Source: Candidatus Nealsonbacteria bacterium (lineage in GTDB: Bacteria > Patescibacteriota > Minisyncoccia > Minisyncoccales > UBA6532). Taken from it: a stretch of DNA of 64,000 nucleotides. A program made the translations under genes and the position numbers. This document shows, in pieces, positions 49,730 to 58,847 of this stretch (position 1 is the first letter of the stretch; the number at the start of each line of letters is the position of its first letter). The stretch lies in contig JACPLN010000003.1 of the NCBI GenBank assembly GCA_016186485.1, forward strand, positions 23,305 to 87,304. The letters are read 5' to 3'. A model generated the notes under the pieces. It was not told the origin of the DNA and did no database searches. It was given only the letters and a program-made list of their open reading frames with translations.

Positions 49730-50197
49730 CTATGCTTGAACTTGTTTCTTGCTTAAAGGATCGTATCTCGTCAGCTGTTTACCAATCTCATACCATCCAC
49801 AATACTCGTTACAGTCTCTTGCAAACGGGGAATGATCGTGGACAAAAATCTTCTCCCCCCCTTTTTCTTTAAGAGGTACCCACCACGCTCCATAACCGTA
49901 AACAATCTCTCCGTTATCCAACCGTATCTTGGGATTGGTCACCTTCTCATAATCTTCCCTATGATACACCTTTCCGCTATTCGGAGATTTAAGACCTTCG
50001 CGAGGTATTGGACCGTGAGTAGCTTCAAATGCAATATCTCCTCTTTCTTCCTTAAGATATGTTCCGTATCCTATGACTTTCTTAAAAGTTTCGTCAGCAA
50101 AGACAGCGACTCGCGTTCCAGGCTTTATCTTTATCTTTGTCTTTTTCCCCTCTATCTCGCTATAATACTTTTTTCTCTTACCCATCCCAATAACCAC
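49730..50197 (-). CDS. Hypothetical protein, phage-like ORFan
   Basis: NPKIRLDNGEIVYG...WW pattern; promoter immediately 3' of tRNA-Gln. Confidence 0.7.
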   Translation of the reverse strand: MVIGMGKRKKYYSEIEGKKTKIKIKPGTRVAVFADETFKKVIGYGTYLKEERGDIAFEATHGPIPREGLKSPNSGKVYHREDYEKVTNPKIRLDNGEIVYGYGAWWVPLKEKGGEKIFVHDHSPFARDCNEYCGWYEIGKQLTRYDPLSKKQVQA

Positions 50198-50239
50198 TCT
50201 AACCTAATACTATTATAAAAGTAAACCGTGTCAATCTAG

Positions 50240-50310
50240 TTCCGGGGCTTGGATTCGAACCAAGATTCCATGCTCCAGAGGCATGTGGCCTACCTTTAGC
50301 CGATCCCGGA
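50240..50310 (-). tRNA. tRNA-Gln(CTG), CCA not encoded
   Basis: Anticodon arm CATGC-CTCTGGA-GCATG; T arm CTTGG-TTCGAAT-CCAAG. Confidence 0.9.
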
Positions 50311-50340
50311 ATGATTTTTCTTGGCAACAACGTGTAAAAT

Positions 50341-51249
50341 TTACACCTTAAGGTAGCTTCTGATTGATATTAAGCTAGAAATTGAACCCAACAGAAACCC
50401 TGCACCAAACTGAATTAATAGAACCAAAGCAATATTATTGAAGAAGAATTGATGAATATTAAGCCCTGGCAATAAAACATTGAGTTTCGGTCCCATAAAA
50501 TAAAGGGTTACCCCAAACATAGCGACCGTTATAAAAGCGGCCAGGCCCCCGGATATTATCCCTTGGATTAAAAACGGACCTCTGATAAACCAGTTGGAAA
50601 CCCCGACTAGACGCATTATTTCAATCTCTTCTTTAGAACTGTAAATTGTATTCCTTATTTGGTTAAAAGCAAGGCCGACGGCCACCGCCGATAAAGCCAT
50701 AATTGTTATTATGACAATGGTGTTGATGCTCAAAACTATGGAGTTTAACCTTTCAATAACCGGCTTTCTCTGAAGAAAATCTATTTTTTCAACCAAGTTA
50801 TAAAATGCGCTTCTCTGTATTGATGAAGCCACTCTGGAATAAGAAGACGCATCAAATGTTTGGATATTAAGCGAGGCCAAAAATGGATTGGTTCCAATTT
50901 CTTCTAAAGATTCGGTAATGGCTTTATTTCCCTTGTGCCTTTCGGAAAACTTTAGGTAAGCGTCTTCTTTGGAAACAAAGTCCACTTTTTTAATTTCGGG
51001 CATCTTGGTTATAGAATTCTTAATGTCAAGGATTTCCGTTTCTGGGGTACCGTCTTTGAAATAAACGGCTATATCCACTCTTTCTTGAAGTTCGGTTGTT
51101 AAAAATCTCGTTGTTTCCTGAAAAAGAAATAAAAAGGTTATAAGAGAAATTGTAAGCACCAAAACAAAAACCGTGGCTATAGCCATGCCAACCTGCCTTT
51201 TTAAATTAAGCCATCCCCAATGAAACGCTCTTTTTAAAGAAGTAGTCAT
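50341..51249 (-). CDS. ftsX: Cell division permease FtsX
   Basis: VSKEDA, NP, EIEIMRLVG...FIRGPF. Confidence 0.92.
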   Translation of the reverse strand: MTTSLKRAFHWGWLNLKRQVGMAIATVFVLVLTISLITFLFLFQETTRFLTTELQERVDIAVYFKDGTPETEILDIKNSITKMPEIKKVDFVSKEDAYLKFSERHKGNKAITESLEEIGTNPFLASLNIQTFDASSYSRVASSIQRSAFYNLVEKIDFLQRKPVIERLNSIVLSINTIVIITIMALSAVAVGLAFNQIRNTIYSSKEEIEIMRLVGVSNWFIRGPFLIQGIISGGLAAFITVAMFGVTLYFMGPKLNVLLPGLNIHQFFFNNIALVLLIQFGAGFLLGSISSLISIRSYLKV

Positions 51250-51279
51250 AGATAGTAAGTAGAAAATAGTAAATAGAAA

Positions 51280-51972
51280 TTAAATGATGAATTTACCCTC
51301 CTTTTCATCTCTAATAATTCTTCCTTCTTCCAAAGTAATCACCCTTTGGTTAAGATTATTTATGATTTCTCTGTTATGGGTCGCCAGAATCACGGTAGTT
51401 CCAATTTGATGGACTTTTTGCAAAAGCCGGATAATGTCTTGAGTGTGATAAGGATCAAGGTTGCCGGTCGGTTCGTCTGCCAAAAGCACCTCGGGACGGG
51501 AAACCAGAGCTCTGGCTAAAGCCAATCTTTGTTTTTCTCCGCCGGAAAGCTCGGCCGGGAAATTATTGTTTCTGTGAGACAGCTCTACTATATTTAAAAC
51601 CTCGGCTGCGTCTTTCTCTATTTGGTCGTCTCCAATTCCCAGCGCCTGAAGAACAAAAACAATATTCTCCAAAGCGGTTTTGGTTTGCAAAAGCTTGTAA
51701 TCCTGGAATACGGCTCCAATTCGCCTTCTTAATAACGGCAGATGCGAGCTTTTAATGGTTCTTACGTCCTCTCCGTTAAAAAAAACGTCTCCCAGATTGG
51801 GCTTTTCCTGACCCAAAATAATTTTCAGCAAAGTTGTTTTCCCCGCCCCCGATCTTCCAACCAAAGAAACAAACTCTCCTCTTTCAATATCAAAAGATAC
51901 GTTATCTATGGCCTTGATTGGACCCGAAAGCGAATTATATATTTTTGTAACGCCTTTAAAAGATATTATCAT
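51280..51972 (-). CDS. ftsE: Cell division ATPase FtsE
   Basis: GRSGAGKTT, LRRRIGAVFQDYKLL, LSGGE, ADEPTGNLD. Confidence 0.94.
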   Translation of the reverse strand: MIISFKGVTKIYNSLSGPIKAIDNVSFDIERGEFVSLVGRSGAGKTTLLKIILGQEKPNLGDVFFNGEDVRTIKSSHLPLLRRRIGAVFQDYKLLQTKTALENIVFVLQALGIGDDQIEKDAAEVLNIVELSHRNNNFPAELSGGEKQRLALARALVSRPEVLLADEPTGNLDPYHTQDIIRLLQKVHQIGTTVILATHNREIINNLNQRVITLEEGRIIRDEKEGKFII

Positions 51973-53028
51973 TATTTCTTTATTCCGGCCTCAATAAACT
52001 GATCTAATTCCCCGTCTAATATCTCTTCTGTTTTTGACGTTTCAATTCCCGTTCTTAAATCTTTCACTAGTTTATAAGGATGCAAAACATATGATCTTAT
52101 TTGGTTTCCCCATTCAATTGAAACTGGTTTTCCTTTGACGTCTTTTAATTCTTTAGCCTTTTCCATTTCTTTTAGCTGGTATAGCTTAGCGTAAAGCATT
52201 TTCATTGCCGTTTCTCTGTTTTGCCCCTGGAGGCGCTCTGACTGGCAAGAAACCACGATTTTGCTCGGTAAGTGAGTAATTCTAACCGCGCTTTCTCTTT
52301 TATTGACATACTGGCCTCCAGGTCCCGAAGCTCTGAATGTATCAACCTTTAAATCTTGGGGCTTAATTTCAATGTTTTCAAGTTCATTTTTGATTTCCGG
52401 CAAAACTTCAACCATGGCAAATGAAGTATGACGCAGCTTTTTTGCGGAAAAGGGAGACATCCTTACCAGCCTGTGGACCCCGGACTCTCTTTTCAAAAAT
52501 CCGAAAGCATAACCGCCGCTTATTTCCATTGTTGCGGATTTGACGCCGATTCTGCCTTCGGGGCCTCCGCCTTCGCCAAAACTCTGGTGCAAAACTTTAG
52601 TTTTCCAGCCCTTTTTCTGGCAATACCTTTCATACATCCTCAAAAGCATGGTTACCCAATCTTGGGCGTCCTGGCCGCCGGCCCCCGCGTTTATGGACAA
52701 AATGGCGTTTCCCTTATCGTATCTTCCAGAGAGAAAAACAAAAATCTCCTTGCTTCTTAATTTCTTTTCAAATTGGGTAACGTCAGCTTCGCTCTCCAGC
52801 AAAGAAAGATCATCGTTTAAATCTTCAAATTCCTTAAGTTCGTCTTGAAGTGTTTTTAGTTCCTGGGTCACCCTTGTCGCCCTATCTTTGTCTTTCCAAA
52901 ATTCCGGACTTTCAATCTCTTTCTCAAGCTCTTTTATCTTTTCTTTGTGATGCGCGACTTCAAAGATGGTCGGCTAGTTTTTGCAGCCGACCCATCAATT
53001 CTCCTAATTTTTCTGAAATTGGCTTCAT
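51972..53028 (-). CDS. prfB: Peptide chain release factor 2 with programmed +1 frameshift
   Basis: ATG 53028, 22 codons to CTT-TGA (52965-52960); +1 frame continues EVAHHKEKIKELE..PEFW; SPF and GGQ motifs. Confidence 0.95.
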
Positions 53029-53070
53029 TTTAAGTTATTTTACCAATAAACCAGCTAAAAGAAAAGGGCT

Positions 53071-53577
53071 CTAAAGATTTCTTAGAGCTCTTAATGGTTT
53101 TTCGTGATTTGAATGAACCGCTATTATCCTTTCCATCGGAACATCATCAAACATTTTTTGCCACAATATTTTTTGTTTTTTGTTAAATTCCGATTGAAGA
53201 ACCCAGTCTGAATCCCGATCTGATTCTTGGATAATAAAGCCTTTCTTTGCCAAGAATTTCCTTTCTATGGAAAGAAACCCTTTTTCATTAATAATGGCTA
53301 TCACTCCTGCCAGACCAGATTGGCCAAATAGTCTTTCCCAGGCTGCAAGCTTATTTTTATTTAGCTTGCTTTTTATAAGCTGTCCTCCGCTATCGGTCAG
53401 GTCCAAAAGAGTTAGGATGCAAACAGAAGGCATAAGATTAGCGAAAATAATGTGCCAAGCCCGATGATCTTTGCTCGACCACATAAAACAATCATCCGAT
53501 CTTCCTCCCCTGGAACGCGGAACAACATGATGCCTAGACCCGTGGTAAGACCTTTTGTTTGAACCCTTATTGCCCAA
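53071..53577 (-). CDS. HNH-like hypothetical protein
   Basis: RHHVVPRSRGG...H.AWH.IF.N motif. Confidence 0.6.
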   Translation of the reverse strand: MGNKGSNKRSYHGSRHHVVPRSRGGRSDDCFMWSSKDHRAWHIIFANLMPSVCILTLLDLTDSGGQLIKSKLNKNKLAAWERLFGQSGLAGVIAIINEKGFLSIERKFLAKKGFIIQESDRDSDWVLQSEFNKKQKILWQKMFDDVPMERIIAVHSNHEKPLRALRNL

Positions 53578-53646
53578 TCGCTATTTCACCCACGTCAAAA
53601 AACCCCTTTTTGTATTTTCCCTAAAATCAAAAAAAAGTCAAATTAG

Positions 53647-54309
53647 TTAGAGCAACTTGAAATTGTTTATCACCAGGCCGAACTTATACCCAAGATATTC
53701 TGCGGCCTTGCGGCAATAAACCATTCTCTCTGTGAAAATTTCAAAATACTCCATTACTGGAACAAAATTGGTGTCAATTTTAAGATTCAAGGTGATTATT
53801 TTCTTTTGCTTGTTAAAGCCGAGCTTTGTGGATTTAACGGCGAAATTTACTCTGTTATGAATATCCTCCTTTATTATTTTCATATCTTTTATTGTCACCC
53901 TTGACCTTCTAACGTCGGATTTATCTGCCAAGACCACTACCGCTGAAATAGGATCTGAAAACTCCATGTCAAATTTATCGTGATTGGCTATGGCCTGCAT
54001 TAAAAGAGCCATTTCCGCCGGGGAGAAATCTTTTGCAAAAGTCTGGTAGAAAATAAGGGCGCCAAAATAGTTGTGGTATCCCCTGCTCAAGAAATTAGCG
54101 AAGTCGTGGGCAAATCCGGCAATTGCCGACAATTCCTGCTCTTTTTCTGCAAGGCCTATTTCCATGGCTATTGTTCTTGCCCTATCCGACACTAAGCTGG
54201 CATGATCAAAACCATGATTGGTATATTTTAAATTATGCATCCTCGTTTCAGTCCGCTTTATGAACTCTGAAAGATAAGGATTAGATTTTAACTGATTTAG
54301 GGTTATCAT
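53647..54309 (-). CDS. HD-domain phosphohydrolase
   Basis: H...H, AHD, ANH, LADKSDV, DIHNRVN. Confidence 0.88.
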   Translation of the reverse strand: MITLNQLKSNPYLSEFIKRTETRMHNLKYTNHGFDHASLVSDRARTIAMEIGLAEKEQELSAIAGFAHDFANFLSRGYHNYFGALIFYQTFAKDFSPAEMALLMQAIANHDKFDMEFSDPISAVVVLADKSDVRRSRVTIKDMKIIKEDIHNRVNFAVKSTKLGFNKQKKIITLNLKIDTNFVPVMEYFEIFTERMVYCRKAAEYLGYKFGLVINNFKLL

Positions 54310-54317
54310 ACTTAAAA

Positions 54318-55085
54318 TTACTCAATTTCATACTGAAGAGTTACGCTCACCTTTATTTCCTGGGAGCCGGGCTCAACAGCCGGAGCGCTTGAACCTCCTT
54401 TTGCGCTGAATTCATACAAAGGATAGGAATACGGAGTTATCCCTCCTTCCTGTATTGATAACAGTTTTCCCAAGCGGAACCCGCCGGCTTTAGCCGTTGC
54501 CTTTGCTTTTTCTTTTGCCAAAGCGATTGCTTCGGCCCTAGCCCGATTTTCAAGTTCTGTTCTATCTTCTATCGTAAAAGCGAGATTAGAAACGGCATTT
54601 GCTCCGCGATTTACCACTTCGGATATTATTTCTCCAACAATGGAAAAATCCCTAATTTTTACCTCTACTGCTTGGGTTACGGTATATCCTACTATGGTTG
54701 GCGGAAGGCAATCTCCCCCCGCTTCCGGACAGCTATAATATTTATAGCGAGGAGTAATCAGGTATGACTGGGTTTTGATGTCCTTGCTTTCAATGCTCTT
54801 TGACTTTAAAAATTCAATTGCCTGGTTCGCTTTCAATGTATTTTCTTCCTGAAGCGCTTTAAGGCCCAAGCCCCCCTCTGTCACTACGCTAAAACTGAAG
54901 GTGGCCAAATCAGGTATTGCCGCAACTTTTCCCTCTCCTGAAACAGAAAAGCTCCTGAAGGACGATGGTTCGGTTGAAGCGTCGTAGCTTCTTACAAAGC
55001 TGACGGCGGAATAAGAAAAAGATATTAGAGCTAAAATGACCGAAGCCCACAAGGCGTCTTTAATTTTGTTTTTAATGTTTTCCAT
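54318..55085 (-). CDS. SIMPL domain (DUF541) protein
   Basis: VSGEGKV...PD.A, A...A..KA...A...G..LG, EPGSQEI.V.V.L.Y. Confidence 0.9.
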   Translation of the reverse strand: MENIKNKIKDALWASVILALISFSYSAVSFVRSYDASTEPSSFRSFSVSGEGKVAAIPDLATFSFSVVTEGGLGLKALQEENTLKANQAIEFLKSKSIESKDIKTQSYLITPRYKYYSCPEAGGDCLPPTIVGYTVTQAVEVKIRDFSIVGEIISEVVNRGANAVSNLAFTIEDRTELENRARAEAIALAKEKAKATAKAGGFRLGKLLSIQEGGITPYSYPLYEFSAKGGSSAPAVEPGSQEIKVSVTLQYEIE

Positions 55086-55148
55086 GTTTTAATTTTACCA
55101 TAAAAATAAAAGCAATAAAAAGTGGCGCGAACCAGCACCACATTAAGT

Positions 55149-55637
55149 TTAGATTTTATTCAATTTCATTTCTTTCGGTATTTTTGAGGCTATAAGAATT
55201 AATAATCCCGCCCCAGCAAATGGATTATCCGAATCTCGACCAAGATAAATTGCCGCGTTTCTTTTCTTGAACGCATTGTACAGCTCGGCTAAGAATTCCC
55301 CGTACTCATTTGAAACAATTATACCGAAAGCGCCGTCGCACCAGGCTGCGGCAATCTCTTTTGTTTGCGAATCAAGTTCAGGGTTTCTCCACGCCAATTC
55401 TTCCCCATGCCCATAAATGCTGAATACAAAGCAAGAATGCGTTTTTCTTTTTTCAAAGAAAAACAGTTCTTTGTTAAATTTTGTTATTCTTCCTCCTTTG
55501 ATGCCCAATGCTGTTTTTGTTTTTTCTATTCCCCATTCGTGTTCTGCGCAAAAATCCCAGCCAAGATTTACCCCGATAATTCTTTCCCCGTTTCTTACAA
55601 GATACGGATTCCTCCCTCTCCTAATTCCCATTTCCAA
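55149..55637 (-). CDS. Hypothetical protein (phage-like ORFan)
   Basis: GVNLGWDFCAEHEWGI motif; own promoter, SD and terminator. Confidence 0.7.
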   Translation of the reverse strand: MEMGIRRGRNPYLVRNGERIIGVNLGWDFCAEHEWGIEKTKTALGIKGGRITKFNKELFFFEKRKTHSCFVFSIYGHGEELAWRNPELDSQTKEIAAAWCDGAFGIIVSNEYGEFLAELYNAFKKRNAAIYLGRDSDNPFAGAGLLILIASKIPKEMKLNKI

Positions 55638-55743
55638 TCCTCTCCTCTATTAATGAGCTAAAACCATTATTGCAAGTATAAATAGTAAGTCAAGCAAATA
55701 AAAAAAGTGTCGGGTTTCCCCTGACACTAATTCTTACTACTTT

Positions 55744-56016
55744 TCATTTTTCTACCTCTGGAATATAGTAATATCCTTCGCTGTCTTTTTTGTAAAACCT
55801 CCCCTTTCTCGGGATTTCTATTTTGGTGTGATATTCAATGATTTTCCCATCTTCTTTTATTACTATCGTTTCTTTGTGTTTTCCGTGTCCGCAACAACAA
55901 GCTAAAGTTTTTATTCCGCTTTCATTCAAGATTTTGATAAAATTCTTCATGCATTTATCTATTCTTAGCTTCCTTCCGTTTAATTCAAATAATATTGACA
56001 TTCTTTGCTTACACAT
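55744..56016 (-). CDS. Small hypothetical protein with CCCGHG motif
   Basis: IDKCM...LN..GIKT..CCCGHG; own promoter and terminator. Confidence 0.7.
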   Translation of the reverse strand: MCKQRMSILFELNGRKLRIDKCMKNFIKILNESGIKTLACCCGHGKHKETIVIKEDGKIIEYHTKIEIPRKGRFYKKDSEGYYYIPEVEK

Positions 56017-56126
56017 TTTTAATCTACTAATAAAAGACTACTTCAAACAAATAGCCTGTCAACCCTCAGCTGGGCATGTTTACATTCCGGATTTGAGTTT
56101 TAGGAAAAAAAAATTGGTTGAAGTTT

Positions 56127-56681
56127 TCAGGCCCGTTGTTTAAGGTATTTCCACACCTCTAGCAACTTTCCTGAAACTGCAACCTCAACGAATTTCTTCC
56201 ATGGTATAAGGAAGGGATATGGTGGAGCGGAATCTTGTGTGAAACCAAGAGCTTTTAGAAGTTTGATTAACCCACTCGTTCCAGTATCGAAAATGACGGT
56301 CTTTGGCCTTGGCAGAACCCGACCAGCAAACATCTCTTCAACCTCGTTCTTTGTTAGAGGGGCTCTGTAATCATCACTCATTATACTATCGTATGCCTCT
56401 ATCGCAGCAATCCATGACTCCATACGTCTTAATTTTGTTTCGTAGGGTACCTCTCTTCCTCTTTTGGCACCGAGGAACATATGCATCCGCGCAACATAAG
56501 GATTATTAAAGATATCATGCCAGTCTAATAGAAAATCCTCATGCCAGTCTAAACCCTCATTTAGGTGTGTGGTTATTCCTCCGTAGACTGCCAGTGACCA
56601 TACTTTCAGATTCCATACCCTTCTCTTGCTCCTCCAGCTGAATTTTACTTCAGCCCCAATCGTCTTGATCTGATGATCCAT
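56127..56681 (-). CDS. Hypothetical protein (ORFan)
   Basis: TTGACA-17-TATCAT promoter (56735-56707), SD-like sequence. Confidence 0.7.
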   Translation of the reverse strand: MDHQIKTIGAEVKFSWRSKRRVWNLKVWSLAVYGGITTHLNEGLDWHEDFLLDWHDIFNNPYVARMHMFLGAKRGREVPYETKLRRMESWIAAIEAYDSIMSDDYRAPLTKNEVEEMFAGRVLPRPKTVIFDTGTSGLIKLLKALGFTQDSAPPYPFLIPWKKFVEVAVSGKLLEVWKYLKQRA

Positions 56682-56803
56682 TTCCCCTTATCTCGCCTCC
56701 GCTTAAATGATAACATAATATTTATATTTTGTCAATCACTAATCATTGAAAATAAATAAATTTTTAGTGCTCTAATTTATTGAAATAAAAAGGCGGATTG
56801 AGG

Positions 56804-57253
56804 TTATCGCACCGCTAAAAATCTGGAAATAGCATTGAATACATTTTCTTCATGCCATTCTTCTTCTCCGTATCGCAAACGAATCTCTATAAAGCAGATT
56901 CCTTTTGTGCTGTATTTTTTTTCCAACTCTTCAGTCCGCCAATTTTTTATCTGAAGCGGCAAAATCAGACCGTCATCAAAACTCAATATAATGTCTTTTC
57001 CTTCTTTATCTTCCTGACTTCCTTGCGTTATCCATTCAATATTTGTTATTATTCTCCTTCCCGGAAACTTTTTACCGATTGTTTTAAAGTGCTCTAAGAT
57101 TTGTACGGCTCTTTTTTCGGCGCTTCTGCCTCTTTCTGTTCGTTCCCTACCAACCTGTCTTTGTGTTTTGCGCACCATTTTTTGTTGGCCACGAATCCAC
57201 CAATTCCAATTAAAGTCCTTCCTGCCTCCCCCACGATGCCCATAACGACCCAT
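56804..57253 (-). CDS. PD-(D/E)xK-like nuclease-fold protein
   Basis: G..AE helix, D..G.DII, LQIK pattern. Confidence 0.55.
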   Translation of the reverse strand: MGRYGHRGGGRKDFNWNWWIRGQQKMVRKTQRQVGRERTERGRSAEKRAVQILEHFKTIGKKFPGRRIITNIEWITQGSQEDKEGKDIILSFDDGLILPLQIKNWRTEELEKKYSTKGICFIEIRLRYGEEEWHEENVFNAISRFLAVR

Positions 57254-57396
57254 TTTTTCCGTTTATAAAATAACAAATTTTAAAAGAATTGTCAAATAAG
57301 AAACGGTGCATTATCTCTATATCTTCCTTGATATCAAATTTTGCAGCGGGCGCTGGCCGACATTAAAACCTGTTTAAGAATAAAAAAGGCGGTTCG

Positions 57397-57732
57397 TCAA
57401 TCCATCCACAGGATTGAACCAATGTATCCAATCATGATTCCCATAATAACGAGTACTGCTTCTGCCCAATATGCGAAATTAAGATTAAATAACAGGTGAC
57501 CCATGACTACAAGCACTCCGATCATTATAAGCCAAATCAATCCCGGCAGTTGAAGCGTTGGCCCTGCTCCTCTTCTCATGTTTTCTAGGATGACAAGAAC
57601 AAAAATAAACACGATGCCTACTAATGGACCAAGCCAACCTTGATTCATATAGGTAAAGAGAGTCAGGATGGTTACTAATCCTAATATTGGTACGCCAAAG
57701 ATCCAGAAAGCAATAAGGTGATCATTCCCCAT
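57397..57732 (-). CDS. Four-TM hypothetical membrane protein
   Basis: GGAGG SD before ATG 57732; TTGACA promoter at 57788. Confidence 0.7.
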   Translation of the reverse strand: MGNDHLIAFWIFGVPILGLVTILTLFTYMNQGWLGPLVGIVFIFVLVILENMRRGAGPTLQLPGLIWLIMIGVLVVMGHLLFNLNFAYWAEAVLVIMGIMIGYIGSILWMD

Positions 57733-57894
57733 AATTTCTCTCCTCCAAAGAACTAAATTCATAGTAGATGCCTAAAGAGTTTTGTCAATAAATATTGTCT
57801 ACGTTCTATCCCGAAGCGCAACAGGAAACAAAAACCGCCCGGCGATGGGTGGTTTTTTGGGCGTCTCGGTCACCCGAAACGTGCCCTAGACAGG

Positions 57895-58155
57895 TTATCT
57901 ACCTTCAAGATAGTGCTTTAATTGTTTCTTAAGGTATCCGCGGCCGGAGCCACTCTTAAGAAATTTTTCTCTCCCCAAAGCATCATTTTTATCAAGATAT
58001 GCTTCAAAATAAATTGGTTTCCAGTCCTCTTTGCGACTTGTAGTTCTGGCTCCATCTCCGGCATTATGGCGCTTGAGGCGTTCAGTCAAATCTTCAGTCA
58101 TTCCGATATACCAAGATTTATCACTTTGGTTATCAAGAAGATAGACGTAATACAT
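57895..58155 (-). CDS. Small GIY-YIG nuclease (UPF0213/SLX1-like)
   Basis: YYVYLL..WYIGMT.DL..RL.RHN.G...A..RE.FLKSG.GR. Confidence 0.93.
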   Translation of the reverse strand: MYYVYLLDNQSDKSWYIGMTEDLTERLKRHNAGDGARTTSRKEDWKPIYFEAYLDKNDALGREKFLKSGSGRGYLKKQLKHYLEGR

Positions 58156-58264
58156 ATGAGTAGTTGGCGGTCGCGTAAAGGACCTGGCTCACTACGCTCG
58201 CCATGTCCCACGCGACTCACGTAAAATTCTTATACAATTATTATATCAAAATTAAAATAATTTC

Positions 58265-58401
58265 ATTTTACGCGGCTTGCCACGTGATGAGCGAACATAG
58301 TGAGCGAATTTTACGCGGCTTGCCACGTGATGAGCGAACATAGTGAGCGAATTTTACGCGGCTTGCCACGTGATGAGCGAACATAGTGAGCGAATTTTAC
58401 G
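58265..58401. repeat. Three identical tandem 43-bp units plus an 8-bp partial unit
   Basis: ATTTTACGCGGCTTGCCACGTGATGAGCGAACATAGTGAGCGA at 58265, 58308, 58351. Confidence 0.95.
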
Positions 58402-58475
58402 TGGCAGGGGCACCCTGAGTTGCACAGGGATCAATGGTTTTGGAGACCATTATTCTGCTATTAAACTATGCCCCC
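58402..58475 (-). tRNA. tRNA-Trp(CCA)
   Basis: Anticodon arm ATGGT-CTCCAAA-ACCAT; T arm CCCTG-TGCAACT-CAGGG; encoded CCA. Confidence 0.9.
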
Positions 58476-58479
58476 ATAA

Positions 58480-58818
58480 TTATTCGTTCCAATCGCGCCT
58501 TTTGTCTTTTTTAGCGGTTTTATTGGAAAAACCTTTTGGATGTCTTTTTTTTAGCTTTTTTATATTCTCTTTCATTACATCTCCTAGGTTCCAGCCAAAA
58601 AAACTGCAAATCATAGCTATATACCACATCGTGTCCCCCAAATTCTCTCTTAATCCCTTTTTTTGGTCGTCTCCGTGAGAAAATGTCTTTTTAATGCAAC
58701 CCGCTACATCGCCGGCTTCTCCGGCAATACCCAAACCCCAAGTTAATATTTCTTTCTCTTTATTCTTGAATTTCTTTGCGGTCTTTTTGCAAAACTTTTG
58801 ATATTGACTTGGATTCAT
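58480..58818 (-). CDS. MazG-like NTP pyrophosphohydrolase
   Basis: LGIAGEAGDV...KK...H...ENLGD..WY...NI.KL..R.P.GF. Confidence 0.88.
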   Translation of the reverse strand: MNPSQYQKFCKKTAKKFKNKEKEILTWGLGIAGEAGDVAGCIKKTFSHGDDQKKGLRENLGDTMWYIAMICSFFGWNLGDVMKENIKKLKKRHPKGFSNKTAKKDKRRDWNE

Positions 58819-58847
58819 AATAAGCGTATAATTTAAAAGGTAAGAAA

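Noticed and set aside
55110-57790. Integron cassette array
   Set aside because: No RYYYAAC...GTTRRRY attC sites were found, the genes have their own promoters, and the recombinase lacks the IntI-specific insertion.
58265-58401. CRISPR array
   Set aside because: The units are identical and contiguous with no unique spacers, and there are no cas genes in the window.
58343-58678. 111-aa ORF over the repeat array and tRNA-Trp
   Set aside because: It overlaps the tRNA and mazG antisense and arises from the repeat sequence.
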